Origin: Octopus bimaculoides
Taxonomy: Eukaryota
Reading direction: 5' to 3'
Length of the DNA stretch: 38,359 bases
Assembly: GCF_001194135.2 (NCBI RefSeq)
Contig: NC_068984.1
Coordinates: 46,621,583-46,659,941 of the forward strand
Under the pieces are notes generated by a model. It was not told the DNA's origin. It searched no databases and was given only the letters and a program-made list of their open reading frames with translations. Shown piece after piece: positions 22,603 to 33,879 of this stretch. The position numbers and the translations under genes were made by a program. Position 1 is the first letter of the stretch. Every line of letters begins with the position of its first letter.

Positions 22603-22641
<39 letters not shown>
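22422..22641 (+). mobile_element. SINE family 2, 5' half running into (CA)n and a gap
   Basis: ggcgcaggtgtggctgtgtggtaagtagc (A-box-like) ..ccgaccaaagccttgtaagtggatttggcagacggaaactgaaagaagcccgtcgta. Confidence 0.9.
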
Positions 22642-23239
22642 NNNNNNNNNNNNNNNNNNNNNNNNNNNNNNNNNNNNNNNNNNNNNNNNNNNNNNNNNNN
22701 NNNNNNNNNNNNNNNNNNNNNNNNNNNNNNNNNNNNNNNNNNNNNNNNNNNNNNNNNNNNNNNNNNNNNNNNNNNNNNNNNNNNNNNNNNNNNNNNNNNN
22801 NNNNNNNNNNNNNNNNNNNNNNNNNNNNNNNNNNNNNNNNNNNNNNNNNNNNNNNNNNNNNNNNNNNNNNNNNNNNNNNNNNNNNNNNNNNNNNNNNNNN
22901 NNNNNNNNNNNNNNNNNNNNNNNNNNNNNNNNNNNNNNNNNNNNNNNNNNNNNNNNNNNNNNNNNNNNNNNNNNNNNNNNNNNNNNNNNNNNNNNNNNNN
23001 NNNNNNNNNNNNNNNNNNNNNNNNNNNNNNNNNNNNNNNNNNNNNNNNNNNNNNNNNNNNNNNNNNNNNNNNNNNNNNNNNNNNNNNNNNNNNNNNNNNN
23101 NNNNNNNNNNNNNNNNNNNNNNNNNNNNNNNNNNNNNNNNNNNNNNNNNNNNNNNNNNNNNNNNNTATGTATATATATATATATATGCTCACAATTGAAG
23201 AGGTGAACTCAGAATCAACTTTAGGTTAATCAGGAAATT

Positions 23240-23555
23240 CACAAACCGATGACATACCCTACCAACTCTGATTTCGATAGAATCAGCAACTGCATCATTG
23301 ATAGAAATGTTCCTATTGTTAAACATAATGTAGCACTCCCCTTATGCAATTCACATGTGGACGTAATGTTTTAGTTACACTATCTCAAAGATTAGAAATC
23401 CAATCGCTTTATCCAATTGGATATACCTAACAGCTACGCCTCTATATCCCCCATTCTCTTGAACAAGGCATTAATTTTCGCACGTAAATTCATGGATATC
23501 TCTAAATCTGACATCAACATTATTCTGGCTGCTAGGAACACTTTAATCTTTTTTT
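23240..23555 (+). mobile_element. Penelope-like RT fragment of a second lineage (Hydra-clade-like)
   Basis: YPTNSDFDRISNCIIDR.. then RFIQLDIPNSYASISPILLNKALIFARKFMDISKSDINIILAARNTLIF (23405-23550), resembling FIQFDI..FYPSI...LL..AL.FA. Clade assignment is inference. Confidence 0.7.
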
Positions 23556-23885
23556 TTGAATAAACTTTTATTATAAACTAATTTTCGATGCCACAGAGGA
23601 TGCACAAAACCTTGCACCTTATTTTTGAAACACTTTTTAAATAAGTGAAACCGGTTAAGTTAATAAATACTTTTAAAAGACTCATGCGTTTTTAGATTCT
23701 TTTCCTTCTCTACATACATACATACACACANNNNNNNNNNNNNNNNNNNNNNNNNNNNNNNNNNNNNNNNNNNNNNNNNNNNNNNNNNNNNNNNNNNNNN
23801 NNNNNNNNNNNNNNNNNNNNNNNNNNNNNNNNNNNNNNNNNNNNNNATATATATATATATACAGATAAACATATATAAATATATA

Positions 23886-24335
23886 AATCTTTAAATCTTT
23901 AAAGTGTTTCATCTCCAAAGCTGCGGTCATGCTGAGGCACCACCTTTGACTGTACTACACCATTACTAGAAACCTCCTCTGATATGTGGCATTTTGTAAG
24001 TGAGGAAGTTTGATTCCGCTGCCCTCGTCTGTGTTTCCTGCCGTGAGGTAAGCTCGTCTGGAACCCTTGACAGGTGATGATCCAGTTTTGTTTTGAAGAC
24101 ACCTACAATCACACCATGCAGGTCTCTCAAGCATTTTCGATGTATATTGAAGAGCTGTTGGCCGTTGAAACTGAAGCTGTTGCGCTAACTGGTCTTGCAT
24201 TTTGATGGAGATGCTAGGAGCTTTGGCACTATGCAGTGAAACCCCGTTCTTTTAATGTCACAGTTTGGTACAAGGCCTTCCAGGATTTCCCAGATGTATA
24301 TTACTGCATATCTTTCCCACCTTCATCCTAGAAAG
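23886..24335 (-). mobile_element. CR1-like LINE 3' end with 3' UTR and short repeat tail
   Basis: AVIYIWEILEGLVPNC..NSFSFNGQQLFNI..DLHG..VFKTKLDHHLSRVPDELTSRQ..RAAESNFL, stop at 23968-23966. 3' UTR ggtggtgcctcagcatgaccgcagc..tgaaacac followed by (TAAAGATT)2. Confidence 0.8.
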
Positions 24336-25266
24336 GAGAATTTTAATTCTTTTAGTCTTTCCCATTAGCTAATGCGTTGCATTGATGCGATTTTCTTTGT
24401 GTAGCTTACATTTTTATAGAGTGAAAGAGAGAGAAAGCGAGAGAAGGTGGGAGGGAGAGAGACAGACAAGCAGAGTCAGAGAAGGGGAGAGAGATAGACA
24501 AGCAGTGACGGAAGAGAAGACAAACAGACAAAGAGAATAACGCACGTTACTTATTTGTCTTATGTCAAAAACACTTTCTTAGTTTAAACTCTGCATCTAT
24601 GTTCTTGTCTTCTTACACCAGTTACCTTGATCCGACTTATTTACTTTCATTCGTAAACTCTTTTAACATCCCGTGAGAACTGTCTACATTTTGTTTCGAT
24701 TGGACATTGGTGTTTTCCAGACGAACGATGACAAATGCTTAAAAAAACTGAAGTCGTGATATTACTGAATAAAATTGGATCGATGAAACTGTTTCATCCA
24801 AGTTTGTCTTAAGTCATTTCCTATAACTGGTGTACGTGGTTTTCGGCATTACTTTCATTTGTACGTATACACATAAAAATCAAAATTAAATTTTGGCTTC
24901 CTTGTATTCCTTTCTCCAATATGTAGATGTGAGAATTTATTAAACCTGACATCTTATTTTCTACTGGGACTTCGAGATAATGAAATTATATCTTCAACAG
25001 TATAAGATTTGTAAAGACGTTCATTTAATACATATTGTATCCGTCGAGGACTTAAAAGTAATCAGAACTTTAAGCACCAGGTGAAGGCTGACAAAGTATT
25101 CTTAGTTTAAAGACTTTTCCTAAATTATTCGCTCCATATTTAATTGCACAATAGTGCACTAAGTAATAGTGCAGCAATACACTCTTGTTTTAAATTGATT
25201 GAGTATAGTATGGGAGATATTTTTCAGTATTGTCTAGCAGGACATAATTCGTAAAATTATCGCATC

Positions 25267-25509
25267 ATGTATACACACACGCACGCAAAAACATATGCCC
25301 ATACACACACACACACACAAAAACCAAACACTAACACATATATGTGCATGTACGTCTATATGTGCATGCACATATGTATTTACATATGCTTACATATATA
25401 TATTTATACACACACACTCAGACACTCATACATATGTATAATATATATATAGACATCATAAATGCATATATATATATATACACACATACACACGCACAAA
25501 CACACACGC

Positions 25510-25545
<36 letters not shown>

Positions 25546-25560
25546 ATACATAAATGCATA
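25267..25560. repeat. Low-complexity (CA)/(TA) tract
   Basis: Direct reading. Confidence 0.9.
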
Positions 25561-26036
25561 TATCTGTATCGATGTGTTTATGGTTTAGGTCCAATAAGGC
25601 TTTCCCACAACCTCACAAAATCTCTCCACCCCACTGAATTGATCCAGAAAGAATCCAGGGTAAGGTATCCAGTACCAATATGGGTTTCAAACTTAGGAAA
25701 GTGCGAACGCCATGGTCTTAAACCCAGGCAAAAGATCCTCAGTATGTTTAATGCTATTCCTTGCATATTTTGTTCTATATCAAGTTGAATATCTCGTACA
25801 ATGACATGCTTTAACAAAGGCTATGGGTGCCTGACCCTCATTGCTTAACAAGTGATTTTCTCTGCAGGGGTTTTATTTCCTTTTATAAGTTAATTAGCAA
25901 GGAATTGGAGTATTGTGCCTTGGACTTGACATTCTGCATACACACATGCATGCATCAAATATACATGCTATGCATGCATTTATATTGACATACAACAGTG
26001 TAGAGGAATGGCGAGACAGAATGAGATACTATATAC

Positions 26037-26038
<2 letters not shown>

Positions 26039-26123
<85 letters not shown>
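26039..26123. repeat. (GT)n microsatellite
   Basis: Direct reading. Confidence 0.98.
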
Positions 26124-26125
<2 letters not shown>

Positions 26126-26386
26126 TGTTTCCTTGTTGGTGGATTTCAAACAATATGAAATTTTTATAAGTTCTATGCTCAGTGCATGAAAACACTTCTC
26201 ACTTAATTTCCAAGAAAAATTGGTGCACAACTTGCAGATGTTTTAATCAGCACGATTTTATTAAATATGGAACGCATTGCTATGGAATGTGAAACTGCCA
26301 AATTCTGAAAGATAAAGATATCGCTCCCCCCCCCCACTCACACACATATATATAGACGTATGTATGTGCGTATGTGTGTATGTATA

Positions 26387-27596
26387 TGAAGGTGGACTGA
26401 AAAGTTCAAAGGGCGGTGCTGTGAAATCTTGAATCCCGTAATTGCCACATTTCTTATTAATAACTGCATTATTTCGTTTCAGGTAAACTGATATATAGCT
26501 CTTCAAAGATGTCTCGAAAATTATATAGTAGCGCGTTTTCTTGAGTATGGACAAAATTTATCATCGTGTGGTTATCAAATGCCTGAAGCAAAAAGGTTTA
26601 ACTCTCAATAACATTGATTCTGACATGGTTGCTACATTAGGAGATGTGCAAATGTGGGCAGCTTAATTTCGGAGAGGAAAGGAGAGTTTTAAATATGAGC
26701 CAAGACCTGCAGGTCTTGCAACTACCATCATCGAGGAATGCATGGATTGTGTTCACTACAAGGTGATTGATAATAGGCAATTGACAATAAATCAAATAGC
26801 AAAATCTATCAGCGTATCCCGTGAGAGAGTTGAGAATAATCTACACAATGAATTTTGCATGACGACTGTTTCTGTTTGGTGGGGCTACATCTTCTGACAC
26901 ATGATCAAAAGCGCACTAGGTTGATCACATCACGGTAAAATATGACATTGTTTAGGGCAAATCCAGCTGGCTTCCTTGCACGTTGCCTAACCCAGGACGA
27001 TTGTTGGTTTCGTCAATTTGAACCAGACACAATGATATAATCCATGCAATGGAACACTCCCCTACTTGCAGCAAAGATGGCCAGGGTTTTTCATCTGCAG
27101 TTAACGTGATGGTCTGAGTTTTGGGGAATGCAAAAGACATTGTGTCTATTGACTATATTTAAAAGGGCCACACGATTAATGAGGAATACAATACCAACTT
27201 GCAGTTACGACACAAAACACTGAAAAGGAGATTTGTTTTATTAGGACAATGCTCCAGCGGACACACTCTTGCTTCCAATGGCTGCTGTGTGTGACTGTGG
27301 CTTTGAACTGGTTGATCACACTCCTTATTCTCCTTATTTGTCCCCTTCTGACTATCATCTTTTCCCCAATATAAAAACACACACTTGGCTGGGAACCAGT
27401 ATTGCAGTGATTCTGACGTCATATATGCTGTTGACAAGTTTTTTGAGCAACAAAGAATATGAAACGTCTTCACTAATATGATCCATGTACTGTAATACAG
27501 ATGGAAGAAGTGGGACTATGTTGAGAAATAGACCTCTTTTGGTCATATTCCATCTGAGTGCTTTGTTGAGCCTTTGAAATTTACAGGCGACTTTCA
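26387..27596 (+). mobile_element. Full-length decayed mariner (DD34D) DNA transposon
   Basis: 26-bp TIRs tgaaggtggactgaaaagttcaaagg / cctttgaaatttacaggcgactttca (21/26), TA on both outer sides (26385-26386, 27597-27598). Broken transposase from ATG 26547 (MDKIYHRVVIK..) to GDYVEK* (27531). DNAPA..YSPYLSPSD has exactly 34 residues between the last two Asp. Confidence 0.95.
26547..27531 (+). pseudogene. Mariner transposase pseudogene (stops, frameshifts, small deletions)
   Basis: HTH region VQMWAA*FRRGKES, TQDDCW (first Asp), DNAPA, YSPYLSPSDYHLFPNIK. Confidence 0.9.
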
Positions 27597-28339
27597 TAGA
27601 CATCTGAGAGTTTATGCACGGAGAGTCAGAAATGTCGTTAACATCGGGGAAGCATAAACAGACAACAATCATCTGTGAAGATGGAGCAGTCACCATGTAT
27701 GTATGTATGTATGTATGTATGTATGTATGTGTGTATGAAGAATACTTGGAAACGAATTTGATTTTGCCTTAAATATTTTATAAAACATTTACCTTCCTCC
27801 TCCTCCCGCCCATCCTCCACCTCCTCCTCCCGCAAATCATCCACCTCTTTCTCCTCATCATCACGAAGCTTGTCGTTTCTAACAACGACCAATTGATTGC
27901 TGCTCAATAAGCCTATTTACACCCAAACTATTTTTTAAGAAGAACAGTTAAATTAACCTTTTATGTTTGAAATCTGGCAAGCTGTTTTCCTAAGTCACTT
28001 GTACTTGTATTTGTAAACTCACTTTCAGTCTCTCGTATGAATATACACTTATAGATAGATAGATATTAAATGCATTATCGCTTAGACATTGTCGTAAGTA
28101 TATATATATGCTATTAAAATGACGATGCTATTTTGTAACGCTTTCGTGCATTAGCTGTCTATATTCTAAGGCATTAAATGTATAGGTGAAAAATGGCAAG
28201 TCGCAAACATGTATAGCTTCATATGATGATACGCTTTTGAGTAAACCATTATCAGGAAGAAAATGAAATATGAATAGTGACAGTATATAAAAGAGAAACA
28301 AAAGAAATTTTTACAGCATTCTTTATTTATGGAATCTCA

Positions 28340-29260
28340 AATCTACATAGTGTAAGGTAGATACAATAAGTGTTTTCATTTCCGACTGGAACGTGTAAAC
28401 GCCATATCTGATTATGCAAATGATATCATTGTTAGCTATCAGGAATATAAGAAATGCCATATCACTAGATAATGTTCCAAAGTTTAGTGCATTTTTTGAA
28501 AGCAATTGAAAGTCACGAATATCGTCTGAGAAAATTGAGTTAGGTTTTGCGTGTGACTTGGCCGGCGAAAACAACACGTTGTCTCCGTACACAACGTAAT
28601 CCGAGATCTTTGGCAGTTTCTTAATTAACTTTACATGGTTATATGTGTTGCTTTCCATACCTAAATCCAAACTCTATTGCTTCATACAGATTTCAAATTT
28701 TGTCTTCGAAAATTGAATATCTTTTTATCCGTTACTCTTGTAGTAGTTAAACATTAGGAGTTCTATCAATATAAAAAATTAGTAGCGTTTGTTGTGAATG
28801 TATATAATTATGAACTGGTCCCATCCTTTTTATTTTTCGGTATAGACCTATTACTGTTTAGTTTCTAGAACTGATGCTAAATTTTGTGATATTATCTCTC
28901 ATGTCACTGAAATTACTGCTTGATTCCTCTTCCTGAGAAGGATATTTCGAATATAACTTTTCTTATGAACGCCATTTGATACTTCACTCATTTAATTGTT
29001 TTTCTTTGTGTAAATCAGGCAGAATCGAATGCTAGCAAAGCATGTACTGTATTTCGTTAGATTTCTCTCAAATCTACAACCGTGGATATATCCGTCATCA
29101 TACATTCCCGAAATGCATCTGTTTTAAATGTGACTTTGATATATTCTGAGAGTTGGTAAGTGTCTTTCAGGACATTTCTCTTGCTACATCTATTATTTAG
29201 TGGACTGACTGTTTTCAAACTCTATATTCTGCTTATCTTTTTACTTTTAGGTAAACCTTC
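28340..29260 (-). mobile_element. Highly degenerate CR1-like RT remnant
   Basis: Ordered degenerate motifs: YM-FA-AFDS (29046-29018, cf. YMDFAKAFDS), IRNILLRKRNQAVI, SIP..MGPV (28824-28813, cf. GVPQGSVLGP), KDLG (28611-28600) and FTRS. All are frameshifted. Confidence 0.5.
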
Positions 29261-29659
29261 TACTTTAAAATAATTCCTACCAATCCATTGGCTGTCCATC
29301 CTTTACACACTAACAAACCTGCGTTCAATTTTTTTTTCCAACCAATACATGTTTATATATATAATTAGTTAGAAGAGACGGAAAAATCCATAATACCACT
29401 ACCTGACAACCCAAAATGCGACAGATTCGGGCTACTAATTATCCCATGGTGGGATTCGAATCAGAAACTAAAGAAACGGAACAATACCGTAAGGTTTATG
29501 GTTTATTAATTTCGCTGGTTCATTTGTTCTTCTTTTTGTTATGGTATATTCTCATCGACCCCGATATGAAGAAAAAGCCTAAAATTTGGCCACAGAGCAC
29601 AGAGACTGGAAACAAGAAATTATTTCTACTGTGTCACATAGCATGCAACTTTTAAGAGA

Positions 29660-29820
29660 GGATCATGTCGATACTATCGATCCCAGTACTTGATAGGCTT
29701 TTTAAAATTTTAATCGACACTGAAAGAACGAAATGTCATATAGATCTGTTGTGTATTGAAATTCTGAATGTGACAAGCCGCATAGGATGTCATTAAGCAT
29801 TTTGCTCGATGCTCTGTAAC
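29660..29820 (-). mobile_element. Degenerate SINE family 1
   Basis: gtcgatactatcgatcccagtacttg..aatcgacactgaaagaacgaaatgtca..attgaaattctgaatgt..taagcattttgc parallels 13125-13330. Confidence 0.6.
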
Positions 29821-29979
29821 ATTGTTGGAATATATAGTGCATAACATTCTGTCCCATGAGCTCTACGAATTCCCTATACTGAGAAACGAAATTTAAGGAA
29901 AACTACATTTATTTTTATTTCAATCACATATGCAGCATATGCAATATTATGATGTGTATTTATTTTTTTGTTTAATGTA

Positions 29980-30856
29980 CAAGGTGTTTCAAAAATATCG
30001 AAATCCTTTGATATGTAAATGTCATAGAAACTACATAGTCAAAGCAAATGAAACTAAACAGGCTTCATGTTGAGCAACAGAGGATTTATTCTTTCAAATT
30101 GGAATGGGTAATTCAAAGATATGTGGATTCCATCAATGATTTAACAAATGCTCAATATGCCTGAGACACGGCAAACGTCAAGTCGATAGTCCAGCTTCTC
30201 CCAGACACGTTGCAGCATGTCTTGGGTAACAGTCTCCCGTGCGGTAGTGATTCTCTGCTAGAGTTCCTGTAGATTTTCAGGAAGAGGAGTTACATAGACC
30301 AGACCCTTCACATAGCCCCATATTTGCACTTTCGCTTGTCATCTGCCGTTATGGCGTGAACGAGCAGCAGCTTGTAGGGTTTCATTAGCAAACATTTCCC
30401 CAGGACGCGCCAAATGGTCGTTGGAGGGATCTGGGTTTCCAGACTCGTTCTTCTTATGGACATCTTGGGGCTTCGCATGAGTTTTTGGCGAAACCGCTCG
30501 ACCGTCTCTTCCGTTGTTAGTGGTCGTCCAGATCCTTTTGATCTGTATAGACAGCCTTCCTCTTTGAATTTGTTGTGCCATGTCCAAATCTTCATTGCAT
30601 TTGGTGACCTTTTAGAGAACTGTCTCATGCACGCTGCATAGTCTTGTTCGACTGTGTTCTAGCTTGCTCCGACACACAAAACGCATTTTATCTTCCAGTG
30701 AATACTATTTCTATACCTGAAAAGATAAATACATCAAACATTAAACATAAAAGTTTGACCTGTTTCAAGACATGCTGTTAAAATTTGAAGTCATTTGAAC
30801 AAAACTGTCAAAGTTATTAGATTGTGAAATGATATCAAATTTTTTGAAACACCATT
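29980..30856 (-). mobile_element. Internally deleted Tc1/mariner-superfamily element (rosa-like; DUF4817-type HTH N-terminus)
   Basis: TIR core ggtgtttcaaaaa at both ends with flanking TA (29978-29979, 30857-30858). ORF 30628-30308 gives KFKEEGCL...SGRP..RSPKMSIRR..TIWRVL..MKPYKL, joined to WGYVKGLVY..LQEL..RI..VTQDMLQRVWEKLDYRLDVCR..HIEHL. The DDD core is missing. Confidence 0.85.
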
Positions 30857-31486
30857 TATATTTTTGCATTGCACGCCACCGTGAAAAATGGTTGTGAATA
30901 TTTCCTTCTCAAATACTACAAAAGAGACTGAGTGATGAAAGGAAGAAGTTAAAAGATGGGCACTGGAAGATGTAAGAGGAAGGTAATAAAAATAGTAACA
31001 TATTTAGAAAATCTTCTGAATGGAAAATACTTCTGCTGTAAACGTATTTCGATTTATTGAATGCTGTTCTTCCCACCACTTAAAAATTCATGTTTGAAGT
31101 GGTTAAACAATTTTGCAAAAGTATGCAGCCAAACATTCACTTCTGCTGTTTAAGGTAAACTTATTATTTTTCTCTTAAATTTTCTTTTGATATGCGACAA
31201 TTTATTTATATGTAAGGAAGGTTTCGCTAAGCTATTTCAGTGAAATATATAGTGCATATCATGTTATTGTCACCAAATCATTAATAAAAAATCGTCTGTC
31301 ACAAATATTACTAATATACTCACATATTCGTAAAAGTATGTGCATTTTTGTGGTTATTGACCCTTGTAGAAATAGCCGCTAAGGAATCTACAAATCTTCC
31401 AATAATACCTTTTGTATTGATAAAAACATGAACATCACTACGAAAGATGCTTATAGAGAAGACATTTAAGTAAAGGTATGTATTGT

Positions 31487-31543
31487 GCACTGATGCGTTG
31501 AGTTTGCATTGATGCATTCAGTTTGCATTGATGCGTTCAGTTT
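31487..31543. repeat. Three tandem copies of a 19-bp unit
   Basis: gcactgatgcgttgagttt / gcattgatgcattcagttt / gcattgatgcgttcagttt. Confidence 0.9.
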
Positions 31544-33879
31544 AGCCAAGTTACATTTGGCAGCTCTAACATTTAGCTATCGTCCACATTAGAGACCCCG
31601 ACGTACTATTCATAATGTTTCATCCGGCGGAGGAATGGGAGCCAAAAATATACATCAACTTGACGACGCCATCATTTCCATAAACTAGTGAATCCAGCAC
31701 TGAAAAGGCCGCTCATCCAGACCAAATCGATTACATACGACGAGGATACTAGTATCGTATAATTCGTCATGTCTTGTTTCAAGCATACTGTTCCCTCACT
31801 ACCAACTGGCTACCTGCAACGCGGATACCACTTCGAGAATGGATTATCTGAAGAATAAACAGTTAACTTTCGACTCCGAAGTCAACACATTTCGTGACTA
31901 CTTCGAAATGGTGAGGAGGACGTATGTTTGTCTGAGTGAGTCTGTGTATAAATGTATGTATATAGAACTTTACTTATTTACCTGTACACTTACACGCATT
32001 CACATAAAATCAGCAATTTATAGCAGATACAACACAATTTATCTCATGTCAAAGAGACACTATTGTCATGTAAATTTGTAAAAATCAACGTCGGAGGAGA
32101 TATCACTATTCATGTGACTTTTTGCAGGTGTATGAATTCTCATTCGTACCTTACATGATAATTGGACTATGTTATGAAATAGCAACTTTGCATTGCAACC
32201 CGCAATTTTTGAGGTTTACCAGCATAGACATGTGTATTTCAAATAAAGTTAGTGGTAGAACGATGATTTGTAAAACAGTTTAAAAAATTCTGTACTTTAT
32301 TTTAGTGGACCATGTACAAACAAAAGTTTGTGGGAATGACACATACACCTGTAGCAACGACATATATAGACCTAAGCATACGTTCAAGTATATCCGTACG
32401 TAAACCTAAATATATGCATCAATTAAGTTACTGTGTTTTCACAAATTCCAGGAAGTGTCTTGACTCAAACGAAAAAATGCATTGATTCTTTGTTGCACAC
32501 CAGATTTATTCTAAGATGTATGGAACCGAATATTTTTGAGAGAATAGCATGATTTTCTACGACAATATAACAAGGAACAAGCGTTATAAGATGGAGTAGC
32601 AAGAAATGTTTACCTCTAATTAGGTTAAACATTACTATATATCACCTGCAGCAGAATTACCTGAGATTCCTACAATGGAAAATTTGTTTATTGTTCGTAA
32701 ATTTGAAAGAAGAAATAGGTGTATACAATATTTTCGGAGTAGATTAGCATTTCTAGAGTTATAACAATGTAAGAAGCTAATAAGATGATTTGTTTCCTGA
32801 AGTACATACTAATGAGACATGCTATTCTATATCCCCTATGTATGTGCGTGCGTGTGTATAACGGTTTTCTTATTTATGTGTTCGGGTATGCATACATACG
32901 TATGCGCGCACAAACACACACACACAGGCGCACATAACTATATGTAAAATATATATGTACATACGAATGTGTATATATGTATATATGCATATATACGTTG
33001 GTTTATGTATGTGTGTATATACATGTATATACACTCATACAAAGCTGTTTACAAGTTTTCACCTGTTTACATAGGTATATTTTATCCTCCACGTTCATGT
33101 TTTTCTTGTTCATGTCGTTTCTGCTATTAATTACTAATATACGTCAGATGCAAATATCTAATCACATAGAAAAAAGAATTTCCGAATCCCGAACTAGACG
33201 AGGTATATGTTACGTAGCTAAATTAAAAATCACGAGGTATATGTTACATAGGTGAGTTCAAAATCATTTCATGTGATTGACTCTCACAATTTTATTTTCG
33301 AATAGGAAAAACATCAATCAATATGTTCTTGTGTTGGTAATATAGTCGGGTGTAAACTGAAAGGGAATTGTATGATATTCGTAGCTGATCAAACACATGT
33401 GCAGCTCATCCCTTGGTCTGTATACATGTAAAGAAATACATATAAAGACACGTAACAAAAAATATATATGAAGTGGTCCAATGTTAATACATATATTCTC
33501 CACCAGAGAATTATTTTTTATTCAAGAAATAGTGCCTATTCATATAAATGCGGAATAAATTTCTGTGTAGTAGGGATGGATACGTTTAAGTGAGAAATTA
33601 GTCGCAATGTCGTCAATGATAAAGGGATAGAAATATAACTATCATAAACTCAGTTATTTAAGTACAGAGTATATATACTCCAGAAAGTACAGTGTTTTCG
33701 GCAGATTTCAAATAATTGAAGCAGTTGTGTCGAAATTTCATTTAGGTAGATCATAGTGTTCACATGCTAGTAGACTAAAAAGTAATCTGAAAAGACGAAT
33801 GTAACGACCAAAAGTGTTTCACAATAAAGTGGGAGAAAGGTAAAATATATCAGGTTGGGAAATTTTGTTGTAATAATTT

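Noticed and set aside
25578-25817. 79-aa minus-strand ORF as a host exon
   Set aside because: No recognisable domain and no convincing splice sites.
28323-28670. 115-aa minus-strand ORF as a host gene
   Set aside because: It overlaps the degenerate CR1-like RT remnant in another frame and has no recognisable domain.
31487-31543. Short direct repeats (also 36793-36846) as CRISPR-like arrays
   Set aside because: The units are contiguous with no spacers, the context is eukaryotic, and there are no cas genes.
31690-31730. Minus-strand ERPFQC resembling a C2H2 zinc-finger linker
   Set aside because: No C-x2-C or H-x3-H pattern, and a stop follows three codons later.
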